A program made the position numbers and the translations under genes. From Alphaproteobacteria bacterium (lineage in GTDB: Bacteria; Pseudomonadota; Alphaproteobacteria; MPNO01; UBA830), in assembly GCA_965221485.1 (NCBI GenBank), contig OZ244893.1, positions 3,515,726-3,579,725 on the forward strand: a stretch of DNA of 64,000 nucleotides, given 5' to 3'. Below, one piece after another: positions 29,502 to 38,346 of the stretch (its first letter is position 1; each line of letters opens with the position of its first letter). Under the pieces are notes generated by a model that worked only from the letters and a program-made list of their open reading frames with translations, did not search any database and was not told where the DNA came from.

Positions 29502-30590
29502 TTACTTGATGACGTAGCGAACCGGCCACTGGTAACCCTGCTTCTCGGCCGCTGCAAGATAGGCGTTAAGAATCTTCTTTGCTGGCAAACCCTGCTTTTC
29601 CAGCATATCGGCGTGTGCCTGCGGCCAGTGGGCCAGACTCTTTGCCCAGGCAAGACGGACATCGGCAGGAAGATCGGAAACAGTGATATTTTCCCGCAAC
29701 CAGGCCATGTCTTTCTCGTACCCCGCCTTGTTCGCGGTGCCCGTTTTGGTCTCGAAACGATCGGCGACTTCCTGAACGATGACCTTCACTTCGTCGGGCA
29801 AACGTTTCCAGAACCGGTTGTTGACCGTAAGACCATGCCAGGTGATCGAGCCGAACCCGATCGTGGTGTAGTACTTGCCGACTTCCCACAACCCGAACGT
29901 CTTCCCCCAGGCACTGGGGAACATGATGCCACCTTCGGCAACACCGGTCTTGAGCTTCTGGTACCAGCCCGGCAATCCGTCGGTGACCGGAACGATACCG
30001 ATACCGGCCTGCTTCATCCAGTTGAGGTTGAGGCCGGCCCCGAGGATCTTTCGTCCCTTCAGGTCATCAAGTTTTTTCCATGGAAACTGGGTGCCCAGGT
30101 TGTAGCCGCCATCACCGATCAGTGCGATGAGAGTCTGGTTGAAATCCTGGAACCGGGCTTCAAGGATGGGAAACTGTGCGTAGACATCAGCTGCCGCTCC
30201 GACACTCTGGACCGGATCCATTGTCCCGAATGGCAACATGATCTGAAATGCGTGCATGGGCAGTTTGGAGGCTTCGAAGCAGTAACAGAAGCCGCCAATA
30301 TCCACGACGCCGTTCTGGACACCTTCAAGGGTATCGAAAACCTTGACAATGGAACCGCTGTAGCCCTCGATAAAGTTGATCTTGTGCGTGGTTCTCGACT
30401 CCACGGCTTTCTTCAACTCGGTCTGGAAAAACGTTTTCATCAGTCCCGCATAGACCACCGTCGGCGGGTGACCGGAAGCGATACGGATATTGATTGTCTT
30501 GGCGCTGACAGACGTCGCGCCGAAAGCGATGGACGCGGTGAGCAGGGCCGCGCCTGACAGTTTCAGCGCGTGTCTCGAAATTCTTTTCAT
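29502..30590 (-). CDS. dctP: TRAP transporter substrate-binding protein DctP family
   Basis: 362 aa with a signal peptide (AALLTASIAFGATSVSA) and the DctP/SBP_bac_7 fold. First gene of dctPQM on the minus strand. Confidence 0.85.
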   Translation of the reverse strand: MKRISRHALKLSGAALLTASIAFGATSVSAKTINIRIASGHPPTVVYAGLMKTFFQTELKKAVESRTTHKINFIEGYSGSIVKVFDTLEGVQNGVVDIGGFCYCFEASKLPMHAFQIMLPFGTMDPVQSVGAAADVYAQFPILEARFQDFNQTLIALIGDGGYNLGTQFPWKKLDDLKGRKILGAGLNLNWMKQAGIGIVPVTDGLPGWYQKLKTGVAEGGIMFPSAWGKTFGLWEVGKYYTTIGFGSITWHGLTVNNRFWKRLPDEVKVIVQEVADRFETKTGTANKAGYEKDMAWLRENITVSDLPADVRLAWAKSLAHWPQAHADMLEKQGLPAKKILNAYLAAAEKQGYQWPVRYVIK

Positions 30591-30912
30591 GTGATGGAGT
30601 CTCCTTGTTTCAACCAGCCAATGGCCGGAGTTGGGTCATATCGTCCCCAGGCCGTCGGGCGCAACGGATGAGCTTGCGTGCGGTACTGTATCAACATATG
30701 CCGAAACCGCAATCACTCCGGAGGACACCCTGACTCTCGAAAGATTATCGTGATCCCGTTGGTAATGCCGATGCTCCCCCGGAAACCGGGTTGGCAGTTA
30801 ATCCGCCCGAACGAAGGATCCGGGTGGAGCTTCGGGCAGGGTGTGACACCCCGGGATGCGTGGGTCACAAACCCTGTGGCTCCGACGATCTGAAGTCGCG
30901 AACGGGTCAGGG

Positions 30913-31527
30913 TCAGGCAGACTGGTCGAGGGGCCAGTGCGGTGCAGCATCCTCTTCCACCTGGGCGTCGAAGGTGATCAGGGCCGCAGCCGTCATGGCA
31001 TAGGATCCCATCGTATAGACCAGATCGACCAGCATGCGCCGGTCAAAATGCGCTGCCAGTCTGGCGTAGGTCTCTGAAGATACCCGATGGGTTCCGAACA
31101 ACTCGCGCCCAAGACCGATAATTGCGGCTTCGACCGGGTCGAGCGCGTCGATCGCACCACGTGTGCTGATCGCTTCGATTGTCGCCTCGGACACACCGGA
31201 CTTTCGCGCTGCTCCGGCGTGGGCTGCCCATTCAAACCGGCAGTGATGCTCCCGGGCCGTGGTCAGAATGGCCACCTCACGGTAGCGCGCCGGGATCCCC
31301 GACCCGTTCCGGAGGTAGTGATTGAGCGGCCTTGAATGGGCGCAGAGACCGGGGCTGTGAAGCTGGATGCCGCCCGGACCCCTGAGGCCTGCGAGAGATC
31401 CCCCCTCGGGGTCTGCCAGGACGTCAAACATGGCCCGGGTTGCGTCATCGAGCTCGTCGCGCCGCGGCAGGGGCAGGCGGCTACCGGATTCCGGATCAAT
31501 ATCCGGATTGGTTGGCGGTTCTTTCAT
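30913..31527 (-). CDS. Carboxymuconolactone decarboxylase (CMD/AhpD-like) family protein
   Basis: CMD core 'EVAILTTAREHHCRFEWAAHAGAARKSG' and 204 aa. Confidence 0.72.
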   Translation of the reverse strand: MKEPPTNPDIDPESGSRLPLPRRDELDDATRAMFDVLADPEGGSLAGLRGPGGIQLHSPGLCAHSRPLNHYLRNGSGIPARYREVAILTTAREHHCRFEWAAHAGAARKSGVSEATIEAISTRGAIDALDPVEAAIIGLGRELFGTHRVSSETYARLAAHFDRRMLVDLVYTMGSYAMTAAALITFDAQVEEDAAPHWPLDQSA

Positions 31528-31566
31528 GCTTGCAGTTTCCCGGCAAGAGGAGCGTAGGAGGAAGCC

Positions 31567-32547
31567 TCAGATATCAAGGCGAAATAGCCGTACGGCATTG
31601 GTGCGCCCGATCTTTTTCCGGTCCGCCTCACTGATCGTGCAGGTGTCGAACCACGCCGCAGCGTGGTCGACATTCTCGAAAGGCCAGTCGACCGAAAACA
31701 GGATTCGGTCGGATCCCACTTCGAGCATGGTATTGATCAGCGCCTGGGTCCGGAAATTCCCCGATGTCGTAATATAGAAATTGTCCTGAAGATACTCGGC
31801 GAACTTGCGCTTTGCGGGATAACCGGGGGATGCCTCGGTCCATCCGTTCCGGTTGTCGCAGCGCCAGATGCTGAAGGGGAGGCCTTCACCCATGTGCCCC
31901 AGGACGATTTGCAAATCGGGGTGTTCGTCAAAAATTCCCGATGCCATCAGGCGCAGCGCGTGAACCGCGGTCTCCTGTCCAAACGCCCAGGTGGGCCCCA
32001 GCAACCACGGGTGGCCTTCATAGATTTGCGCCATGCTCGGCAATGGATTCCGGGGGTGAAGGTAAAAGGGAACATCTAGATCCGCGATGACGCTCCAGAA
32101 CGGTCGATACTGGGGCAGATCGTAATAATAGGCCGTATCGGGCTCGTCGATCTGTGAAAATCCGTTGACCATCGTTCCCACGAAGCCCAGATCCCGGACG
32201 CACCGCTCCATCTCCCCGCAGGCCGCGTCCACATCCTGCAGTGGCAGGGCGGCAAAACCGCGGAACCGTGAAGGATGCCTCGTGACCCATTCCGCCAGCG
32301 CATCATTGGCGCGACGGGCGATATCACGGGCCTTTTGCCGATCGGGGATGGCCTGGATCGCCGGCGCATTCAGCGACAGAATCATCAGCTCAACGCCATG
32401 CTTGTCCATCTCCTCAAGGCGCCGGCCCTCGATGTCGAGAATCCGCTGAGAGAGTTCCTTCCAGGTAAAATCAGGCAAGAAGCCCTGGGAGTCTGTCAGT
32501 GTTTCCTCGGTCGCGAAATGCTCCTCAAGAGCAATCTTTCCCTTCAT
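31567..32547 (-). CDS. Amidohydrolase-2 family non-oxidative (hydroxy)aromatic-acid decarboxylase (ACMSD / gamma-resorcylate / 2,3-DHBA / IDCase-type)
   Basis: N-terminus 'MKGKIALEEHFATEE' is the hallmark metal-binding start of this decarboxylase subfamily. Has 'HPW', 'HMGE' and 'DWPF' metal and active-site motifs; RBS GGGAGA. Confidence 0.8.
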   Translation of the reverse strand: MKGKIALEEHFATEETLTDSQGFLPDFTWKELSQRILDIEGRRLEEMDKHGVELMILSLNAPAIQAIPDRQKARDIARRANDALAEWVTRHPSRFRGFAALPLQDVDAACGEMERCVRDLGFVGTMVNGFSQIDEPDTAYYYDLPQYRPFWSVIADLDVPFYLHPRNPLPSMAQIYEGHPWLLGPTWAFGQETAVHALRLMASGIFDEHPDLQIVLGHMGEGLPFSIWRCDNRNGWTEASPGYPAKRKFAEYLQDNFYITTSGNFRTQALINTMLEVGSDRILFSVDWPFENVDHAAAWFDTCTISEADRKKIGRTNAVRLFRLDI

Positions 32548-32821
32548 GGATCATTCTCCCTGGTGTTCCCGTTTGGAGGGCCGGGCTGCAAGTGCCCTGC
32601 TCTCGTTCCATTGTTGCACCGCAGTTTCGCGAAGTGTCTTGCAGAGTGGCGCCCCGATCGGCCTTTCCGGGAACGGCCAGTGATCAGGACGCACAGCCTT
32701 CAGGGTGCCGGCCGGTCCGGATGGCATCAAGGTGCAATCCCGGATCTTCAGGACCGGTCTCGGAACGGGCGCCTATCCCTGCCCGAAGGTTGTCTTTTCG
32801 GCGCTGCGTACAGTTCCCTTG

Positions 32822-35152
32822 CTATTCTGCTGCCACCCTCTGTTGCTGGCTCTTTTCGCGCAGCGCCTTCAGGACCTTGGGCGGCGACATGGGATGGTCG
32901 CGGAGCCGAACGCCCACGGCGTCATAGATTGCGTTCGAAATCGCTGCGAGCGGCGGGATAATGGGCACCTCCCCGATGCCTCGGACCCCGTAGGGATGAT
33001 CCGGGCTGGGGACTTCCACGATCTCCGTGCTGATGAAGGGCACATCGGAGGCCACCGGAACCCGGTAGTCAAGGAAGCTGGGATTCTCCAGCACGCCCTT
33101 GTCGTTGTAGATATACTCTTCATTCAGTGCGAACCCGATACCCTGAACCGCTCCGCCCTGAAACTGGCCCTTGATGAATTCGGGATAGAGCGCACCTCCG
33201 GCATCCTGGACAATCGTATAGCGCAAGACCTTGACCGCACCGGTTCGGGTATCCACCTCGACATCGACCATGTGGGTTCCGAATCCTGGTCCTCCCTGGG
33301 CTACATTGATTTCCGCGTGACCGGCAATGGTGCCTCCGAACCAGGCCGCTTCGCGCGCGAGTTCGGCAACCGACAGGGGTTCGAAATCTCCTACATTTGC
33401 GCCGGCAGGCCGGGCTTTGCCGTCTTCCCAGACCACCTGATCCGGTTCGACCTCCCACTTGCGTGCAGCGATTTCGCACATCCGCGCGATTGCGTCCCGG
33501 GATGCCTTGACGGCAGCCATGCTACCGGCTGCAGTTCCGCGACTTCCCGCCGTCATGAAGTTGAAGCCCAGCGTGCTCGTGTCGCCGGACATGGTCCTCA
33601 CCTTTTCGAATGGAATTCCCAGCTCCTCGGCCACGATCATGGCGAGGGCCGCACGGGACCCTCCCGTTACGTCAACCGTGCCGAATATCAGGGTTGCGGT
33701 TCCATCCTCACCGATATTAAGCGTCGCGGATGTTTCGGCTCCAAGGGTAAACCAGAAGCCGGACGCAATGCCGCGGCCCTGATTGGGCCCGAGTTTTTCC
33801 TGGCGGTGCGGGTGAGACCGTATGCGCTCTAGCGTCTCGATGAAGCCAATCGGGCCCAGTTTGGGACCGAAATGGGTTTGCGTGCCTTCCTTCGCTGCGT
33901 TCCTCAACCGGAAGTCGACCGGATCCATTCCCAGTGATTCCGCAAGTTCGTCAATCACGGTTTCGACGCCGAACGCCACCATGGGCGCCCCTGGCGCACG
34001 ATAGGCCGCGACCTTGGGGCGGTTGGTCGTGACGTCATGTCCAACGACCCGGACATTCTCGATATCGTAACGGGTGAACACCGTGATGGTGGCAAGCGGG
34101 AGAGACGAACCAGCATAGGCGCCGGACTGGTAGTTCAGCTCCGCCTCTGCGAAGGTGATCCGGCCTTCCCTGTCAGCACCCATCCGGACCTTCACGTTGG
34201 TCCCGGAGGTCGGACCGGTGGCCCGAAAGACCTCGTCCCGATCCATCACAATGCGGACCGGTCGCTTTGCCTTTCGTGACAGGACCACGGCAACCGGTTC
34301 CAGATACACATTGTTCTTTCCGCCGAACCCACCGCCGATTTCTGTCGGTGTCACCTTGACCCTTGAAATATCCATTTTGAGCAGCTTGGCGATCTGGGCA
34401 CGGAATACAAAGTGACCCTGGGTTGCCGTCCAGACTTCGGCATAGCCGCCTTCGGTGTAGTTGGCGACGCAGGCCTGTGGCTCGATGTAACCCTGGTGAA
34501 CCGGCTTGGTATTGAATTCGCGCTCGATGATAATGTCCGCTTCGCTCTCGCCCTTCTCGATATCGCCAAGCGCGCTCTGCAGTCGTGCTGCCACGTTCGA
34601 CGGTTTGGAGGGCGCCGGATCGACACCGCGTGTGAACTGATCGGCATGCAGCACCGGTGCGTCGGGTTGCATGGCTTCCACAACATCGATGACATGAGGG
34701 AGAACTTCGTACTCCACCTTGATCCGCTTCATTGCCTCGCGTGCGATGGCTTCGCTGCTTGCCGCGACCGCGGCCACGGGATGGCCGTCATACAGGACGT
34801 TTTCGCGGGCCATCATGTTACGCGTCACATCCCGAAAATTGACCATGAGTTCCCCGGAAGCCGCATGTTCGACCTCCATGTCCGGAAAGTCGTTGCGCGT
34901 GACGACGGCCTTGACACCCGGAAGACTCTCGGCCTCAGATGTGTCAATGGAGAGGATGTTGGCGCGGGCGTGCGGACTGCGGAGAACCTTTCCGAACAGT
35001 TGTCCCGGGAGTTTGATATCGGCCGCAAACCGGGCGCTGCCGGTGACCTTGTCAACAGCATCGCCGCGCGCTGTCGGGTTCGAACCGACGATCTTCAGTT
35101 CCTTCCGTTCGTACGGAATTCTGGTGGCGTAGGGTGACGGTGCCCGTCCCAT
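32822..35152 (-). CDS. Molybdenum hydroxylase large (molybdopterin-binding) subunit, xanthine dehydrogenase / CoxL family
   Basis: 776 aa with an aldehyde-oxidase/XDH a/b-hammerhead and MoCo-binding domains. Active-site loop reads 'VAAYRAPGAP', which is neither form I VAYRCSFR nor the typical XDH motif. Confidence 0.85.
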   Translation of the reverse strand: MGRAPSPYATRIPYERKELKIVGSNPTARGDAVDKVTGSARFAADIKLPGQLFGKVLRSPHARANILSIDTSEAESLPGVKAVVTRNDFPDMEVEHAASGELMVNFRDVTRNMMARENVLYDGHPVAAVAASSEAIAREAMKRIKVEYEVLPHVIDVVEAMQPDAPVLHADQFTRGVDPAPSKPSNVAARLQSALGDIEKGESEADIIIEREFNTKPVHQGYIEPQACVANYTEGGYAEVWTATQGHFVFRAQIAKLLKMDISRVKVTPTEIGGGFGGKNNVYLEPVAVVLSRKAKRPVRIVMDRDEVFRATGPTSGTNVKVRMGADREGRITFAEAELNYQSGAYAGSSLPLATITVFTRYDIENVRVVGHDVTTNRPKVAAYRAPGAPMVAFGVETVIDELAESLGMDPVDFRLRNAAKEGTQTHFGPKLGPIGFIETLERIRSHPHRQEKLGPNQGRGIASGFWFTLGAETSATLNIGEDGTATLIFGTVDVTGGSRAALAMIVAEELGIPFEKVRTMSGDTSTLGFNFMTAGSRGTAAGSMAAVKASRDAIARMCEIAARKWEVEPDQVVWEDGKARPAGANVGDFEPLSVAELAREAAWFGGTIAGHAEINVAQGGPGFGTHMVDVEVDTRTGAVKVLRYTIVQDAGGALYPEFIKGQFQGGAVQGIGFALNEEYIYNDKGVLENPSFLDYRVPVASDVPFISTEIVEVPSPDHPYGVRGIGEVPIIPPLAAISNAIYDAVGVRLRDHPMSPPKVLKALREKSQQQRVAAE

Positions 35153-35166
35153 GATTCAGTCCTTTC

Positions 35167-35643
35167 CTATCCTGCCCGCATGTCCCGCGCGGCATCCTGA
35201 ACAGCTTCGACGACCTTGTGGTATCCGGTACAGCGACACAGGTTACCGGCCAGCCAGTAGCGGATCTCTTCTTCCGTAGGGTCCGGATTCTCCTTGAGCA
35301 GAGCCTTTGACGCGATCAGAAGTCCGGGCGTGCAGATGCCACATTGGAGGGCGACATGTTCAATGAACTGGTGTTGCAGGGGATGCAGTTCTTCGCCTTG
35401 CGCCATCCCCTCGATCGTTTCGATACTCTTGCCCTGTGCCTCGACCCCCAGCATGAGACAGGAGCAAATCAGAACATCGTCGACGATAACGCTGCACGCA
35501 CCGCAATCTCCTGTTGCGCACCCTTCCTTGGTGCCGGTGAGATCGAGCTCGTCACGCAGAACGTCAAGCAGGGTTTGCGTGGTATCGCAGAGGAACTCTG
35601 CTTCGTCCCCGTTGATTGTGGTGGTGATGTGATGTTTCGCCAT
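35167..35643 (-). CDS. Molybdenum hydroxylase small subunit, two [2Fe-2S] clusters (CoxS-like)
   Basis: Cys patterns 'CATGDCGACSV' and 'CGICTPG...CRCTGY'. The start overlaps the stop of the FAD subunit (TGATG). Confidence 0.9.
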   Translation of the reverse strand: MAKHHITTTINGDEAEFLCDTTQTLLDVLRDELDLTGTKEGCATGDCGACSVIVDDVLICSCLMLGVEAQGKSIETIEGMAQGEELHPLQHQFIEHVALQCGICTPGLLIASKALLKENPDPTEEEIRYWLAGNLCRCTGYHKVVEAVQDAARDMRAG

Positions 35644-36500
35644 CAGGATATTGCCCTCTCGCGTGCGATTTCGGCGGCCCGCCCGGCAAGCACACCGGCG
35701 ACTTCCTTGCGGAACTCGATGGTTCCCCGCTTGTCATTGATGGGTCGGCAAGCTGCGCTGGCGGCCTGCGACAAGGCTTCTTTCGCGTCTTCATCGACAG
35801 ATGTGCCCACCAGGGCCCGGGCAGCCGGCTCGACAACCAGGGGGCGGGGGGCCACAGCTCCCAGGGACACGCAAGCGTCCGTACACACTCCGTTCTGATC
35901 AAGGGTCAGGTTGACGGCTGCGCCGACGACAGCGATATCCATCTCGGTTCGTGGCGTGAAGCGCAGATAGGCGTCGCCGGACCGGGGTTTCCGTGCGGGC
36001 AGGTTGAAACTGACAACAATCTCACCCCTGGAAAGGGATGTCTGACCGGGTCCTGTAACAATGTCCTCGACCGGCGCCGTCCGGCGGCCGGAGGGACCGG
36101 CAATCGTGACTGTGGCACGGGCTGCAATCAGTGGTGGCACGCTGTCGGCAGCTGGTGAAGCGTTGCAAAGATTGCCCCCCATTGTTGCCCGTCCGCGGAC
36201 CTGCAGCGAGCCGATCAATCTGACACCGTCCATGATACCGGGCCAGGCGGCGCCGAAGCGTGGATGGTCCATCAACTCCTTGCCGGTTACGGCGGCCCCA
36301 ACCTGCCATTCACCGTTCGCTTCCGTAATCGCGCGCATCTCGGCAATGCCCTTGACGTCGACGATCAGGGCCGGGTCAACCAGGTCCGAATGCATCTGAA
36401 CCAGTACGTCGGTGCCGCCTGCGAGTACGCGTGCCGCGCCCGGCTCGTCCGCGATCAGCGAGCAGGCCTCATCAAGGCCCGCCGGTACGTGATACTTCAT
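35643..36500 (-). CDS. Molybdenum hydroxylase medium FAD-binding subunit (CoxM-like)
   Basis: FAD_binding_5 and CO_deh_flav_C domains ('AGGTDVLVQMH', 'MGGNLCNASPAADS'). The Met at 36500 gives the canonical ~285 aa. Confidence 0.85.
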   Translation of the reverse strand: MKYHVPAGLDEACSLIADEPGAARVLAGGTDVLVQMHSDLVDPALIVDVKGIAEMRAITEANGEWQVGAAVTGKELMDHPRFGAAWPGIMDGVRLIGSLQVRGRATMGGNLCNASPAADSVPPLIAARATVTIAGPSGRRTAPVEDIVTGPGQTSLSRGEIVVSFNLPARKPRSGDAYLRFTPRTEMDIAVVGAAVNLTLDQNGVCTDACVSLGAVAPRPLVVEPAARALVGTSVDEDAKEALSQAASAACRPINDKRGTIEFRKEVAGVLAGRAAEIARERAIS

Positions 36501-36586
36501 GGTGATTGCTCTTCGCTCCTGTTGCATGATCAGGGTTCGGCCAAAGACCGCCGCGCAGTTCCGGCCGGAGTCTCCCCGTCTCTGTA

Positions 36587-37297
36587 TCAGCCATCATCGC
36601 CGAGGGCCAATGCATTTCTGTAAATGTCGTCATACATCAGATGCTGCACTTCCAGCATCTGCCTGACCGTCTTGAGGACAAGTCTGCGTTCCCTGGTGCT
36701 GGTGGCGAACTGGTCGAGCAGTTTTCTGCCGACATCCGAATGTTCCTGGTCGGCGCTGTCATGTATGACCCAATAGGCGACGGCTTCATCACTCAGGCCG
36801 AACTGATCCTGGAGATTTCGGGCGATCCGGATGTAGAGGCCAGGAATCGCGGCCTCCCCTGCAAGCATGTGCGCAGCAACTCCTTCAAGGAAACTCTTTT
36901 GGCAAATCAGCGTGAAATACGCCTGAAACGCGACCACGCCCGCACAGTATGGCGGATCATACATGTCTTCAGGCCCGAGTTTCATACCCTTGGCGTAATT
37001 GAGATAGAGCCGGTGATGCGAGACACCGTCTGACATCAGCCGGCCAGTCGCCTCCTCATAGGCGACTTCGGCGATCATTTCCCGCCACACGGGGTCGGGA
37101 CATATGACATAGAGATTACCGTGATAATTGTGGTTGTGCAGGGGGATCCCGCCATGTTGCTGACAAATGTAGCGGGATTGCTCCCAGTTCCAGGTCCCTT
37201 CGACCATACCGGTCCACAACGCATGACCGTACATCGGCAATTCCCTGTGAATTTCGGAAATCCCGTCAAGTACATCCTGCGTGGTGAGGTCCGTCAC
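36587..37297 (-). CDS. Heme-oxygenase-like fold protein (PqqC/TenA/iron-containing redox enzyme family; candidate diiron oxidase)
   Basis: All-helical ~237-aa protein with paired E/H-containing helices (AYEEATG..HH, AHMLAGE, HDSADQEH) typical of this fold. Inferred start is GTG 37297 after GGAGGA; the longer ORF to 37471 has a non-homologous leader. Confidence 0.5.
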   Translation of the reverse strand: MTDLTTQDVLDGISEIHRELPMYGHALWTGMVEGTWNWEQSRYICQQHGGIPLHNHNYHGNLYVICPDPVWREMIAEVAYEEATGRLMSDGVSHHRLYLNYAKGMKLGPEDMYDPPYCAGVVAFQAYFTLICQKSFLEGVAAHMLAGEAAIPGLYIRIARNLQDQFGLSDEAVAYWVIHDSADQEHSDVGRKLLDQFATSTRERRLVLKTVRQMLEVQHLMYDDIYRNALALGDDG

Positions 37298-38346
37298 TGC
37301 ATCCTCCAAGATATGGCAACAAAATATGACGGGGTTGGCAGGCTCTGTCGAGTCCTGCGCCTCCGGGGCGATTGACGGCTGGTGGCTTGAGGGCCTCGAA
37401 AATCTCCGGATCTGACGCGAAACCGGACAGCTTCCCCAACCCGGACCTATATTGGCTGGGAACCACACCAACTACGGATGTTCCCATGACCCGGAGCGAG
37501 GCCACCCCGGCCAGTCCTTTCGCCCTTCGAAGCGATTTGAAACCCGTGTTGCGGAGGCGAATGGCCTGTGATCGCGCCTCTTCCGTCGCCACTACCAGAG
37601 AGGGGACGCTCTCCCGTCGCGGATCCCGGTGAAATGTTCAATACGATCCGTTCCATGGCCTGGAACCGGGGAGCGGAGACGCTCTCTTCCGGCTTGTTTC
37701 CTGATCTCTTCGACGATCCCGAATGATTTCCATGCACGGCGTAACAAGGGGTGCCGGAAGGCATGCTCGACCGGTTTCGTGAGCATAGGCAGGTGCCGAT
37801 TGCGGCGCCGATGGACAGTCAATCAGCAGGGACAACAGGGAGCGGCGATCCGGCCAGCTGTGACGTTGGCAAGGCGACCGGGGGCGCCAGCATCACATGG
37901 CGCTGGTTATGGAGAGGTCTCTGATCGGAATCCCGAGGCGTGATACCCCGAGGTCTTGATACAGGGAGTGATCTCCGGGATACCCGAGGCAGCGGCTCAG
38001 GTGACCAGCCCCCGGGGTCGATGACGGGCATCAGGGCCCCCAGCCGGCTGCAATCCCGGATCCAGTCTTCAGATCGTGATCAGTCCACTGATAACCGGGG
38101 TCTTGCGATTCCTGACCGTCGTCAGGAGATCGCGCTGACGGGTGTCTGGATCACGGACTGTCGGCGTCCGGTCAGGAATCAGGACTGAATGCCGGGACGG
38201 GCGTTGGCCCCGGTCTCGCTGGCAGGGTGTCGCCTGGCACTACGTCGGATGACCCGCGCTCTCAATCATCGGAATACAAAGTCAATATGAAATCCGTAAC
38301 CGGCGCTTTTGATCCTTGCCATCCTGTGGCGCCAGTACACGCGGCG

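Noticed and set aside
32822-36500. Aerobic CO dehydrogenase (coxMSL)
   Set aside because: The gene order matches, but the large subunit lacks the VAYRCSFR (form I) and AYRGAGR (form II) active-site motifs. coxDEFG accessory genes are absent. The neighbouring genes indicate organic-acid catabolism.
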